DNA from: an uncultured Candidatus Saccharibacteria bacterium
Lineage (GTDB): Bacteria > Patescibacteriota > Minisyncoccia > Phycocordibacterales > CAIRYW01
Direction of reading: 5' to 3'
Length of the DNA: 64,000 nucleotides
NCBI GenBank assembly: GCA_964386665.1
Contig: CAYLQP010000005.1
Coordinates: 177 to 64,176, forward strand
Shown here piece after piece: positions 1 through 10,393 of this stretch (positions are counted from its first letter, which is position 1; the number at the start of each line of letters is the position of its first letter). The position numbers and the translations under genes were made by a program. The notes beneath the pieces are model-generated. The model was not told the DNA's origin and did not search any database. It saw nothing but the letters and a program-made list of their open reading frames with translations.

Positions 1-582
1 AATGCCCGCTCCGACTCCTTGTAAGCATATGGTTTCAGATCTATTTCACTCCCCTCTTGTGGAGTATTTAGCCTTACCAGTTAGTTCTGGCAGATTCCCA
101 CAGGCTATTCGTGTCCTGCGGTACTCAAGAATAGCAATTAAAAAGATATTTTATTTTCGGATACTGGGCTATTACCATCTAGGGCCTTGCTTTCCAGCAA
201 ATTCTCCTAACAAAATATTTTGTAACTTTTTTGATATTAATCATATTGCTACCTTACAACCCCCAACTTGGGAGCGGATAGGACACCGAAGTATCTTATC
301 CGTTCCAAAGTCAGGTTTGGGCTTCTTCGCTTTCGCTCGCCGCTACTTACGAAATACAATTTGTTTCTTTTCCTCCAGGTACTGAAATGTTTTACTTCCC
401 TGGGTATGCACTTTGGCTAAAGTACCAAAGTTTCTGTCAAAGACAGAAGGGTTTCCCCATTCGGAAATCTCCGGGTCAAAGGTTGCTAGGTACCTCACCG
501 AAGCTTATCGCAACTACGCTACGTCCTTCATCGCCTCCTACAAGTCTAGGCATCCACCATATGCTCTTACATTCCTATTAGG
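1..582 (-). rRNA. rrl: 23S rRNA, 5' part (continues off the left edge)
   Basis: Reverse complement carries conserved 23S motifs (GGTGGATGCCT ~550-560, CCGAATGGGGAAACC ~450-465, TTTCAGTACCTGGAGGAAAAGAAA, GGCTAAATACTCC, GGGGAGTGAAATAG); 5' end approximate. Confidence 0.95.
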
Positions 583-908
583 AAATGTAAAAACCACAAT
601 ATTTATTTGCTTACATCTGTAATTCTTTACAGATTGTTTACCTGCCCATAAAGTTTTCATCTTAAAAAAACTTTATGGATTTGTTTGAAATATATTCGAT
701 ATATTTCAAACTCCATTTCCAACAAAAGACCTCTAGACCTAGATTACTTACGTAACTGGTTTTGAAAGTTGGAATGGAATTCAATTTTCAATGGTCAGGA
801 TTTTCCGTAAAAAAACCGCTTGAAGCGGCATTTGAGATAACAGGCTATTACTAGCTTTTTATCTATGCCGTTTTTTGATGGTCTTTAACATATTTCTGTA
901 ATGTGAGA

Positions 909-936
909 ATTATACTCTTTTGAGTTCCTTTGTCAA
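909..936 (-). promoter_or_regulatory. sigma70 promoter for the 23S gene
   Basis: Perfect TTGACA (936-931) - 16 nt - TATAAT (914-909), the spacing typical of rrn promoters; boxA-like GACCATTGAAAA ~785-796 in the leader. Confidence 0.85.
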
Positions 937-1038
937 ATCAAAATAGACCCCAAAGAGAGCTATCTTAAATAAGCCCTAAAATACAACAAAAAACACCCTT
1001 TAGAGGATGTTTTTTGAGATACGTTTTAGTCTAGTTAA

Positions 1039-1728
1039 TTACTCTTTTTCTGATATCTTTGTTCGAACTTTTGCAATCACATCACTTGCCGCTTGCTGTC
1101 CTCCCAATCCAAAAGCGAGTCCAAATGCTAAAGAGAAGGCTACGACAATCCCCGTGAAGAGTGTTTGCAAGATTACCTGACCAATACCAAGTTGATCTAA
1201 TGCAGCCAAAATACCAACAACCCAGATCACTGTTCGAGAAATAGCACCAAGAAGTTTTGCTGGTTTCATACTTGCAGCACGTGCAGAACCAACAACCAAT
1301 TTCTCAACTGCATCTGCCACCATTGCTGCAACCAAAAGAATCAATACAGAAGCGATGACCTGAGGAAGATATCCAATCACCACACCTTTCAAAAATTCAT
1401 TTACCTGTGAAAGATGAAGCACATCAAATGCAACAATAAGAAACACTACAATAACAAACCATTTCACAAGACCTCCAACAAACTTTCCAGAATTAAGTAC
1501 CATACCTGATCTTGAAAGTGTTGTATCTACCCCTGCTCTTTTTAATGTATCATCAACCTTTGCAGCGATAAAAATCCTATCAATTACTCTTCCAACAAGA
1601 GCCGCAACAACGAAGCCAATTACTAATATAACAAACGCAATAATAATATTTGGAATGAAAGAAATAATACCAAACCAAAGACCTGAGAACGCATCTGCTA
1701 TCATCACACTTGTATCTTGTAATACCAT
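1039..1728 (-). CDS. MscS-associated TM-helix repeat membrane protein (CmpX-like)
   Basis: Repeated 'F/YxPxIIxAxxILxxG' TM-helix units; C-terminal ALAFGLAFGLGG. Confidence 0.75.
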   Translation of the reverse strand: MVLQDTSVMIADAFSGLWFGIISFIPNIIIAFVILVIGFVVAALVGRVIDRIFIAAKVDDTLKRAGVDTTLSRSGMVLNSGKFVGGLVKWFVIVVFLIVAFDVLHLSQVNEFLKGVVIGYLPQVIASVLILLVAAMVADAVEKLVVGSARAASMKPAKLLGAISRTVIWVVGILAALDQLGIGQVILQTLFTGIVVAFSLAFGLAFGLGGQQAASDVIAKVRTKISEKE

Positions 1729-1753
1729 AAAATAAATTTAATTAATAAACCCG

Positions 1754-2344
1754 CTACTCCACTAACCCAATCTTATTACTAATCACTTCGTGAGGATAAT
1801 CAAAGATGTCTCGGATCAATTTATCTCCTACCCCCAGCCGATATTCAAAATCAGCGCTTTCAAGAAGTGCATACTGAATCTCACGTCCCATTTCAGACTC
1901 TATTTCTTTCATTGTTTTTTCAAAAATATTTTTTTTGATTTTGTCTCCTACTACAAGCAAATCAACCCGTGTTTCAAAATCATTTAAAAATACTCCAGCA
2001 ATCACCACAAGTTTAATTCGTCCTGATTCCCCAAGTTTACGTACCAAAGATTCTGAAGTAAAAGGAGAAACTCTAAGCAAGAAGTCTCGTACGGCATCAA
2101 TATATTTAAAACCTGTATTAATAGTCCAACCATTTACCTTTCTACCAGAAGCATTTCGACACTCTTTTGTTTTAAGAAAATTTATTTTTTGTAATAAAAA
2201 TAATTCTTTTCGCACTTCTTTTTCTCGTGCCTTTATCTTTTGTGCAACTGTCTTTGAATCAAAAACAAGGGTTGGGTTAAAAAGAAAAAGTTTCATCACT
2301 TTTGCCTTATATGCGCTTCCTAAGATTTTTTCTAGAGTATCCAT
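1754..2344 (-). CDS. Conserved hypothetical protein, N-terminal wHTH plus nucleotidyltransferase-like domain
   Basis: N-terminal HTH-like region; 'GVF...VDLLVVGD' motif; start chosen at MDTLEK. Confidence 0.6.
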   Translation of the reverse strand: MDTLEKILGSAYKAKVMKLFLFNPTLVFDSKTVAQKIKAREKEVRKELFLLQKINFLKTKECRNASGRKVNGWTINTGFKYIDAVRDFLLRVSPFTSESLVRKLGESGRIKLVVIAGVFLNDFETRVDLLVVGDKIKKNIFEKTMKEIESEMGREIQYALLESADFEYRLGVGDKLIRDIFDYPHEVISNKIGLVE

Positions 2345-2425
2345 GGGTCTATACACTTTAACTTAATTCTTATACTTTCTTTAACCTCTTTAGTATACCC
2401 TAACTAAAATGAACTTAAAAGCAAC

Positions 2426-2455
2426 AAAAAAAATCCGCTTAAGCGGATTTTTTTT
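2426..2455. terminator. Bidirectional intrinsic terminator downstream of rplL
   Basis: A8-TCCGC-TTAA-GCGGA-T8. Confidence 0.8.
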
Positions 2456-2594
2456 GAGATTGATTTTAGAGTCACTTTGCCTACACGTCCTTTGTTCGCC
2501 GTCGCTCACAAAGTCGCGCAGGCCCCGTCTCGCGTCCAAATTCTGGTGAATTTGGAATTCGCTCCGACTCAAAAGTAACTTGAAATAATATCTA

Positions 2595-2963
2595 TTATTT
2601 CAATGTAACTTTTGCTCCTGCTTCTTCAAGAGTTTTCTTGAGAGCTTCTGCTTCTTCTTTCTTAAGACCTTCTTTGATTACCTTAGGAGCTGCATCAACT
2701 GCACCCTTTGCTTCAGCAAGTCCAAGACCACAAGCTTCTTTTACTACTTTGATAACTGCAATTTTGTTTGCACCCGCGTCAGTAAGCTCAACATTAAATG
2801 ATGATTGTTCTTCTGCTGCCGCTGCACCCGCACCTGCTGCTGGAGCCGCCGCAACCGCTGCTGCTGAAACTCCGAACTTTTCTTCTATAGCTTTTACTAG
2901 ATCATTGAGCTCGAGGACTGATGCTCCTTCAAGTTCAGTGAGGAATGAATCGAATTTTGACAT
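2595..2963 (-). CDS. rplL: 50S ribosomal protein bL12
   Basis: [10 protein letters not shown] hinge, [17 protein letters not shown]. Confidence 0.98.
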   Translation of the reverse strand: MSKFDSFLTELEGASVLELNDLVKAIEEKFGVSAAAVAAAPAAGAGAAAAEEQSSFNVELTDAGANKIAVIKVVKEACGLGLAEAKGAVDAAPKVIKEGLKKEEAEALKKTLEEAGAKVTLK

Positions 2964-2996
2964 AAAATATAACTTAAAACTTTTAATTAATAACTC

Positions 2997-3485
2997 TTAA
3001 TTCTTTTTCTTAGCTACTTCGTTGACCGCAATTGCAAGTCTTTGAAGTGGACTCTTGAGAAGAAATGCGATTTGAGAAAGAAGAACTTCTCGAGAAGGAA
3101 TCATTGCGATCTTCTTCATAGAATCTGCATCTTTATATTCTCCATCAAACACTCCCCCAAGAATTGAAAGCTTCCCTTTGAATTTCTTTTCAAATTCAAA
3201 AATTTCACGTGCTGGAACAAGAAGGTCTTCTCCATACGCAACAGAGAGTTCTCCAGAAAGTTCTGGAAGATCTCCTTTGTATTTTTGATTATCAAGAACT
3301 CGTTTTGTAAGCGTCTTTTTAGCAACTGTATATGACACCGCGTGCTCTCTAAGAGCCTTTCGCAATTCTGTCACATCAGCAACTGTTAATCCCTTGAAAT
3401 TTATAAAAACAATAGACTTAGATTTTGAAAAACCTGCATCCATTTTTTCTGTTATTTCTTCTTTTTTCTTTCGGGTAATTGGCAT
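2997..3485 (-). CDS. rplJ: 50S ribosomal protein uL10
   Basis: GLTVADVTELRKALR, VAKKTL, PSREVLL; directly upstream of rplL. Confidence 0.97.
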   Translation of the reverse strand: MPITRKKKEEITEKMDAGFSKSKSIVFINFKGLTVADVTELRKALREHAVSYTVAKKTLTKRVLDNQKYKGDLPELSGELSVAYGEDLLVPAREIFEFEKKFKGKLSILGGVFDGEYKDADSMKKIAMIPSREVLLSQIAFLLKSPLQRLAIAVNEVAKKKN

Positions 3486-3549
3486 AGTTATATATTAACC
3501 TGTTTATAAACTCGACCCTAAGACCGCTTAAGATACATTATCTTGCAAA

Positions 3550-3625
3550 AGATTATCTCGGCAGGGTGTCGTTTGACAATTAACGCAAATCGTTTCCTTT
3601 TTGCTCCCTACTATCTTTGATCTTA
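3550..3625 (-). promoter_or_regulatory. L10 leader (autogenous ribosomal-protein leader RNA)
   Basis: Minus strand reads AAAGATAGTAGG...TTAA...CCTGCCGAG, matching the L10_leader pattern, upstream of rplJ. Confidence 0.75.
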
Positions 3626-3666
3626 TTGATTGTTATATTAACGTTTTTTACCCAAAAGTCAAACAA

Positions 3667-4986
3667 TCACCTCGAAAAAAGTGATTTAAAGAAAAGAATT
3701 ATCCCCTTTTGACGGTCTTTTTGCTGTTCTTCAAATACTTCTACAAGTGGACTACGCTCACGAAAAGGACTTGTAGACGTCGTCTTTGGCGCTACATCAC
3801 TTGGTATATCTAATTCTTGCGAAGCAATCTCTGCATGCGTCATAGGAGAAACGAGCGTCTCCTCTGACTGTACCCTATCTGCGATTTGTCGTTTTAGCCT
3901 TACAAGTTCACGTAACATATCAGTTCTTTCTTCTGCAGAACCTTGGCCAAGAAAAACTGGTTTTAATGAAGCATTGCTTTGAGAAACAGCTACGCCAGAT
4001 GGGAAATACAACGAAACATCTTCTTTGTTACTTTCTATATTGAGTGGAATTCGAAGTGTCCTTTGAGGAAGAATAATTGTATCAGGAGCAATAACAAAAT
4101 GTGCATTTCCAAATTTGATAACCCATTTTCCAACATTTACTTCTTCATCCATTGGATTATTGAGTTCCACATATCCACCTATACCAGATACTACTTGAAC
4201 TATCTCAATCTTTGGATCAATCACCCTTACTTCTGTTCGAGCTACTGCGGAAGTACCAGACCGTCGACTATTTAATACGATCACATAATCTCCAGCAAAT
4301 TGATATATATGTTCAATTGTTTTTCCCCGCCCTGAAGTACCATCTCCAAAGGACCACTCAAATCGATTCTTGGTTTTTTTGTCATCAATGCCTGATGATT
4401 CTGCATTAAACTCAATAGGGGTATGAATGGTGGTAATTCGTTTTCGTCCCGCATCCACCTTAAACACCTCTGTTCTTTTAAGCTCTGATGTTTGTTCTTG
4501 GCTTGAGTGAGCGGATACCAATTTACTTCCAGATACACTACTACTTGTTTGACTACTGCCACTTGAAGTCGAAGCACTTGAGGACACCACAATCTCTTGT
4601 GTTGCCCGCAAGGTTTTACCAGTATCTCTTCCAACAAGAGTAACAGTAAGTGTATGTGTTCCAGACGTAGTATCTCGATAATAAAAAGTTCTCGAAGATG
4701 TGTTTTTGCTCATTGTGGTTGTAACCACATTACCAGTTGATCCTAGAAATTCCCCTGTATTCGAGCTTGAGCTAAATTCAACGTCATTTGTTTCAGTTAT
4801 TTTTTCTGCAGTTCCACTACTATTTTGAGTCTGAATTGTCAGTGGTCCAGAAAGCTGGTTTGGTCTCACTGATTGTTCTTCTGTCACAAAAGAAACATTT
4901 GAAATGAGACTTGTTTCCCCAAAAGAAGAAAGAGGCAAACACAAAAGAGAGGATAAGACCAAACAAAATGTTTTATACTTATTCAC
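3667..4986 (-). CDS. Secreted PKD- and lamin-tail-domain surface protein
   Basis: Signal peptide, Ser-rich linker, WSFGDG...HIY..AGDY (PKD), YVELNNP...VGKW (LTD). Confidence 0.8.
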   Translation of the reverse strand: MNKYKTFCLVLSSLLCLPLSSFGETSLISNVSFVTEEQSVRPNQLSGPLTIQTQNSSGTAEKITETNDVEFSSSSNTGEFLGSTGNVVTTTMSKNTSSRTFYYRDTTSGTHTLTVTLVGRDTGKTLRATQEIVVSSSASTSSGSSQTSSSVSGSKLVSAHSSQEQTSELKRTEVFKVDAGRKRITTIHTPIEFNAESSGIDDKKTKNRFEWSFGDGTSGRGKTIEHIYQFAGDYVIVLNSRRSGTSAVARTEVRVIDPKIEIVQVVSGIGGYVELNNPMDEEVNVGKWVIKFGNAHFVIAPDTIILPQRTLRIPLNIESNKEDVSLYFPSGVAVSQSNASLKPVFLGQGSAEERTDMLRELVRLKRQIADRVQSEETLVSPMTHAEIASQELDIPSDVAPKTTSTSPFRERSPLVEVFEEQQKDRQKGIILFFKSLFSR

Positions 4987-5063
4987 ACTTTATATTTTAA
5001 ATTAAAATATTTTATTTGCAATAAGTCTTACACCTTCCCTCTTCTAAGAAAATAAACCTTGTA

Positions 5064-7058
5064 TTAAATCTGTTTGAAGAAATAAAGATCAATTTCTGGG
5101 AAGGTTCGTATTGAATCTTCAATGTATTTATTTAACTCAATACTTCCAGGAATACCAGGATTCAAATCGAATGCCTTTTTTGCATATTCACGTGCAACAT
5201 CAAACTTACCCATATACAAATACGCAACTGACTTCATCCAAAGTGGTTGTGGAGCGGTCGGTACCAGAATGATTGCCCTGTCTAATATCTCGTGAGCTTC
5301 TTTTAGCTTATCTACTCCAAAAAGCATAAAATATATTTGGGTATCAGCATAGTTTAGAAGCGCTCGAAAATTGTCTGGGTGCTTTGTTGTATAGGATTTA
5401 TATTCTTGTTCAAATCGTTCGAGCTCCTTTATAAGAAAAGAAACTTTTTTAGGATCGCTTAATACTTTTGGATTCTCACCTATTCCTCTTTGAAAATCAG
5501 TGAAAGTTCTCCAAAGGACCGCTTGTTTATCTACTGTTGTTGCAAAAAGTGTATCATAAAGAGGCAAACGTTTTTCTGCTGAACCTACGGTTCGAATTGA
5601 CCCATTAACAATTCCTGAAGTAAGGAATGGAAAAACTCCATACACCAAAGACCACAGACCAAAAAGTACAAAAATACTAGCAATCACCTGAACTCTCCCT
5701 TGTGGCAAATCTTTTTGGTCCGCTACATTTCCTTTATTATTAATTTCTCTAAAAAGAGAAAGTGACAAGGCAATCACCACCGCCAATAATACAAAAGAAA
5801 CTGAGGTATCGAACGAAGTTTGTAATTCAACCAAATGAAGAGTGCTATATATAAGCAGAGTCAATGCAAGTAATTTGTGAGATTTTTCTTTTGATATAAA
5901 TACAACACGCAAAAGCATATACCCAAGCACTATATAGATAGATATATACAACAATAATCCGACGAGTCCATTATCAAATGCTTGATCAATAAATATGTTG
6001 TGAGCTCGGTCAAACCAGGGTTCTCCACCAAACTCTGGAGTAAGAGTACGATTATCATAGTTACGTTCAAAGACCTTTTCGAAGTTTTCTGTCCCCCACC
6101 CTAACAAAGGTCTTTCTTTAATAAGCTCAGACGACATCTCCCAAACCAACGTTCGTCCACTTGTTGCTTGACTCAAATATAGATTTCGAAGAAATCCATT
6201 TTCAGAAAAAAGCGACATCGCACTAACACAAAGCATCACAAAAAATAAGTACAGAGATCCAAATGCAACATACTTCTGGATTTGTTGTTTCTTAATCTTT
6301 GAGATTATCCAAACACCAAACCATACCAACATCGACATAAACAAGACTGTCGCAGATGCTCTTGCTTCTCCAACAAAACGCAGTAACCCAACCCCTTCCG
6401 TACTTTTAATATTCAAAATATATGGATTCACCACAATCAATATTGGCAAAAGAAAGTTCCACCATTTTTTTTGGTCTGCAGAAAGCAAAAGATAGATTGA
6501 AAACAAAAATGTACCAAACAAATACATACCAGCAAATGTTGAGTTACCAAACGTAAATCCATCCCATGGTAACTTTTTAAACAAAAAATTAAATCCCTCT
6601 GGACCGAAAATAGATAACACCGAAAAGAGTGCTCCTGAAAAGACAGTAAGGAAAATAACTTTTCTTCTTTCTTTTGAATCCGCAAAGACATTTACAAGTA
6701 CTTGGGCAAAAAAACCGAGACAAACGATAAACCAAAGTCCCGTCATCCGAGTTATGTTTGAGTAAAACGAAGTAACAAAGTTACCATTTAGAAATGCCGA
6801 CAAAAACATACATGCGACGTATCCACACATACCTACTAAAAGCGGTGACTTAAAGAAAGTCATCTTTTGTTTTTTAAACATCGCAATACCTGTCAGAACC
6901 ATCAAAATAGAACTAATTAAAATCAGGTTGATTGCTCGTGTAGATGAACCGAAGTACAAAAACGACGTATAGTTAATAAATGGAAATGAAACCAAAAAAA
7001 CATACACTATATAACGAAATACATCTGTAACAAAGCTTTCTTTTTTAAATAAAAACAT
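5064..7058 (-). CDS. O-antigen ligase/O-oligosaccharyltransferase-like (Wzy_C) membrane protein with C-terminal TPR
   Basis: Many TM helices; TFGNS, RTLVW...PLLGWGTENF, DRAHN motifs; TPR-like tail. Confidence 0.85.
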   Translation of the reverse strand: MFLFKKESFVTDVFRYIVYVFLVSFPFINYTSFLYFGSSTRAINLILISSILMVLTGIAMFKKQKMTFFKSPLLVGMCGYVACMFLSAFLNGNFVTSFYSNITRMTGLWFIVCLGFFAQVLVNVFADSKERRKVIFLTVFSGALFSVLSIFGPEGFNFLFKKLPWDGFTFGNSTFAGMYLFGTFLFSIYLLLSADQKKWWNFLLPILIVVNPYILNIKSTEGVGLLRFVGEARASATVLFMSMLVWFGVWIISKIKKQQIQKYVAFGSLYLFFVMLCVSAMSLFSENGFLRNLYLSQATSGRTLVWEMSSELIKERPLLGWGTENFEKVFERNYDNRTLTPEFGGEPWFDRAHNIFIDQAFDNGLVGLLLYISIYIVLGYMLLRVVFISKEKSHKLLALTLLIYSTLHLVELQTSFDTSVSFVLLAVVIALSLSLFREINNKGNVADQKDLPQGRVQVIASIFVLFGLWSLVYGVFPFLTSGIVNGSIRTVGSAEKRLPLYDTLFATTVDKQAVLWRTFTDFQRGIGENPKVLSDPKKVSFLIKELERFEQEYKSYTTKHPDNFRALLNYADTQIYFMLFGVDKLKEAHEILDRAIILVPTAPQPLWMKSVAYLYMGKFDVAREYAKKAFDLNPGIPGSIELNKYIEDSIRTFPEIDLYFFKQI

Positions 7059-7085
7059 AGTCTTATTATAACCAAAATCAAAAAT

Positions 7086-7117
7086 AAAAAAACCACCCCT
7101 TTCGGGGTGGTTTTTTT
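7086..7117. terminator. Intrinsic terminator of the S-layer-like gene
   Basis: A6-CCACCCC-TTTC-GGGGTGG-T7. Confidence 0.85.
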
Positions 7118-7151
7118 GACTATAGCCTAAACTATATTCTCGAACCTAGAT

Positions 7152-9047
7152 TTAGTTAAGAACTTTGTATGAAGTCTTAAAGTCATCAAGATTTGAAGAG
7201 TAAGTATTAGCCATAGAAGTATCGTCTGAAGTATCCCATAGGATTCCATCGATAGCTGCTCGGTATTGTCCTGAAGTTCCTCCAGCTCCAAGTGGAACTG
7301 AGATAGAAAGTTCAAATGTTTCTTCTTCTCCTTCTTCAATTTGGTAGTTACCTACAGCAGTCTTGTCATCGTCAGTTGAGTTAACAAGAGTTGCAGAGAT
7401 TGTAGAAGCTGAAGTAGCTGTTCCTGCTTTGTCTACAGCCCAGTTTACTGATGTTCCATCAGTTGAGATTGAAGACATATAAACAGTATCTCCGATAGCT
7501 TTAACTTTGAATTTAAGTGTGAAGAGTCCAACATCGTCGTTAGTTGATGTTCCTACAGTTGCGTCTGTTGCAGTTGAAACGAGAGTAACTTGGATTCCTT
7601 CTGATCGGAATTCTTGTGCCTCTCCAATAGCTGTTCCAGATTTTTCTGTAGAGTCAGAGAGTTGATCTCCTTCTTCGTTTTCAACATCGATGTAATCTCG
7701 GTTTGTTGAAGTGATAGAAGCAGTAAGAGTGTCTCCTTCATCAGCTGTTCCATCGATATCTTCGATATTAGCAAGAACTTCGAATTCTACAGTGTCTCCA
7801 GCATCGATTGCGAAATCAAGGTTGTCGAATGTAACTGTAGCTGTTGCAGCTGAAGTAGATACAGTTTCTGTATATTCTTCATCTCCAAGAACAAGAGTAA
7901 CTGAAGTTGTAAGTTGATCTACATCTGTAGCTCCTGTAACTGTGAATGTTACTGGAAGTTCATCAAGAACAACATCTGAGTCTCCTTCGAGTTTCAATTT
8001 TCCTTTAAGAACTGAAACATCGTCAGTTACTTCTGATGCATCTACTACTACTACAGCTTCTTTTGGAGAATCAGTAGCCTTAGAAATTTTAAGTTCTGTG
8101 TCAGCAGCTGTTCCAAATGATACGAAGTCAAGTTCAACTGGAGAGTAAGTTACGTCTTCAGTAGAAACAACTCCTGATCCATCTTCAAATCGAACGTTTA
8201 CAACGTCGATTGTCCAAGCGTCAGTGTCGATATCTCCAGAGTCAAATGAATTTGCTCCGTCAACAGTTACGTAGAATTTCTCTATTTCTTCTGACTTAAC
8301 AACTGTTCCAGCTTTTACTGTTACAGTCTTAACCCATTTGTCGTTTGAATCTTCTGAGAACTCGTCAACATCAACTGATGCAATTTCAGTGTTTCCCATC
8401 CAAACTTTTACACCTGAGATGTAATCATCAAGGTGACTTGAGTCTCCAGATCCGTTTCCAGCTGGGTCAAGTGAAAGTTTGATAGATTTGATAGCGATGT
8501 CTCCATCGTTTGTAGCTTCGATTTCGAATCCAGCAACTTTTACATCTTCTTCACCTTCTCCAACTTCTTCGTCAGAGTATTGTGAAAGAGCTGAAAAATC
8601 TTGGATTGCTCCATCTGTTCCTTCAAGTGATGAAGTAGAACCAGTTGTTCCAGTTGTTCCTGTAGAACCACCAGTTGTTGTACATTTAGCAACAACTTTA
8701 GCTTGTGTAAGTGGTCCGAAGTATCCAGCTACTGGAGTTACTCCGTTCTCTGATTGGAACTTCATAACAGCAGCGTGTGTAAGTGGTCCGAAGTATCCAG
8801 ATGCTGGAGTTACTCCGAGGTATGATTGAAGTGCTGAAACATCAGCTCCACTCATTCCTTGTTTTAGGTCTCTAGTAAATGTAGGGCAAGATGCTGATGA
8901 TCCAGAAACAGCTGAAAGCTGTGCTGTAAGAGCTGCAATTTGCGCTTGTAGTTCAGCTGTAGTCATAGCAGAAGCAGGTGAAACTGCAACTACTGCGAAA
9001 GCAGCAACGGCTACAAAACCAGCAAGTGTTTTTGTGATTTTATTCAT
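7152..9047 (-). CDS. Peptidoglycan-binding-domain, acidic S-layer-like surface protein
   Basis: Signal peptide, ELQAQIAAL coil, FTRDLKQGMSGADV..LQ and two GYFGPLT motifs, Thr/Asp/Glu-rich body, strongly biased codons. Confidence 0.8.
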   Translation of the reverse strand: MNKITKTLAGFVAVAAFAVVAVSPASAMTTAELQAQIAALTAQLSAVSGSSASCPTFTRDLKQGMSGADVSALQSYLGVTPASGYFGPLTHAAVMKFQSENGVTPVAGYFGPLTQAKVVAKCTTTGGSTGTTGTTGSTSSLEGTDGAIQDFSALSQYSDEEVGEGEEDVKVAGFEIEATNDGDIAIKSIKLSLDPAGNGSGDSSHLDDYISGVKVWMGNTEIASVDVDEFSEDSNDKWVKTVTVKAGTVVKSEEIEKFYVTVDGANSFDSGDIDTDAWTIDVVNVRFEDGSGVVSTEDVTYSPVELDFVSFGTAADTELKISKATDSPKEAVVVVDASEVTDDVSVLKGKLKLEGDSDVVLDELPVTFTVTGATDVDQLTTSVTLVLGDEEYTETVSTSAATATVTFDNLDFAIDAGDTVEFEVLANIEDIDGTADEGDTLTASITSTNRDYIDVENEEGDQLSDSTEKSGTAIGEAQEFRSEGIQVTLVSTATDATVGTSTNDDVGLFTLKFKVKAIGDTVYMSSISTDGTSVNWAVDKAGTATSASTISATLVNSTDDDKTAVGNYQIEEGEEETFELSISVPLGAGGTSGQYRAAIDGILWDTSDDTSMANTYSSNLDDFKTSYKVLN

Positions 9048-9604
9048 ATATTAATTAATTGTTTTTTTAATAAATAGTAAGTTGAGATTAAATTAATAAT
9101 TTTAATAATGTTCTCAAAGTTACTACTACTCTTTTTTTAATCAAAGGCTAAAAAAAATTTTCGACTTTTTTTATAGCCCTTGGCGCACATACACTTATAT
9201 AAAAATAAGTGTATGTACTTTACTCTGTATCGTTTAACCGACACAAAGCGAACACTAATTGTTTTCTCTGTTATTTGACGACCGAGAAAACAAATAGTTA
9301 ATAAGGGAAGTTTGGTTTGCGGTATATACAGACAAGAAGGGCAAAGTTTCTGTGTACGGGATTATATAGTTGTCAAAGGGCTTTTTCGTTCTGTCGTTTC
9401 AAAACCGTAAAAGTAATTTACACAAACAAACTTGTGTTCTTACAATTATACAGGTCTTAGGGTTATTTCAGCAAATTTTTTGTATGTGGATAAGTGGTTT
9501 TTACTTCCACATCCCACCTCGCTATATTAACATAATTGAGGGATAAAAGCAAAAAGTTTTTTTAAATTAAATTCAAATCTTGACCTGTGGCAAACACTTA
9601 AAAC

Positions 9605-10393
9605 TTAGAGAAGCGAGTACTTGCTCCACCGTCTTTCACCTGTCTTTTTGAGTAGTCCTTGATTCAACAAATCATTCAACTCTCTTTGGATTGTCTTTTC
9701 ACTACAATCAGTGATCAAAGATGATATGTCCTTGATAGTGACCTCTTCTTTCATTTTTATTATATCGATAATCTTATCTTTTCTATCTGACTTTTGAAAC
9801 GAATTTGTTTGTCCTTGAGAATAAGACCTTTCGTTTTTTAGATCATCAACTACCCCTTTTTGAGATACTGTTCTAAAAGACGATTTAGTGTCTTTTATGT
9901 GTCCTTTAAAGGACACATTCTCATTTTGTTTTTCTGTGTGCATTAATGCCGAAAAAGGTGATGGCGTCTTCTCTACTTCCACCGCAAAAAAATGTTTATC
10001 AAGAGGAACAACATCTCGACTAAAACTATCGGTATATCCATCAAGCAACGTGATAAGTAAGTCACATTCCCTCACAATGATTTCCCCATTCATTTGTGAA
10101 ATATTTCGGGTAAAGATTCCAAGCTCAAGGAGCGATTTAATTGACTCGATCTGTCCTCCAAAGACACGTAAGAACTGCTCAACATTTGAAGTGTCCTTTA
10201 TATTAATAAGGTCTACTCCTGCCTGTCTTATAGATTGTTTCAAAGGTTCTGTGTCCTTTATTATGTCGGTTATGAGATAAAGAGCCTTACTTATCTTGAT
10301 GCTTTTTTTATGCACAAAGAAAAGGTTGTCACTGCCATAAAAGACATTGTTACGAGTTGAAATTTCTATGTTTTTGTCTTTTTTGAGTTCCAT
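9605..10393 (-). CDS. Conserved protein with C-terminal DeoR-like winged HTH
   Basis: RKDKIIDIIK...TIKDIS...SEKTIQRELNDL...GERRWSKY. Confidence 0.8.
   Translation of the reverse strand: MELKKDKNIEISTRNNVFYGSDNLFFVHKKSIKISKALYLITDIIKDTEPLKQSIRQAGVDLINIKDTSNVEQFLRVFGGQIESIKSLLELGIFTRNISQMNGEIIVRECDLLITLLDGYTDSFSRDVVPLDKHFFAVEVEKTPSPFSALMHTEKQNENVSFKGHIKDTKSSFRTVSQKGVVDDLKNERSYSQGQTNSFQKSDRKDKIIDIIKMKEEVTIKDISSLITDCSEKTIQRELNDLLNQGLLKKTGERRWSKYSLL

Noticed and set aside
2-622. ORFs 2-385, 387-581 and 413-622 (+)
   Set aside because: Antisense shadows of the 23S rRNA
8707-8800. 23-bp direct repeat in the S-layer-like gene
   Set aside because: Encodes the duplicated GYFGPLT motif of the PG-binding domain
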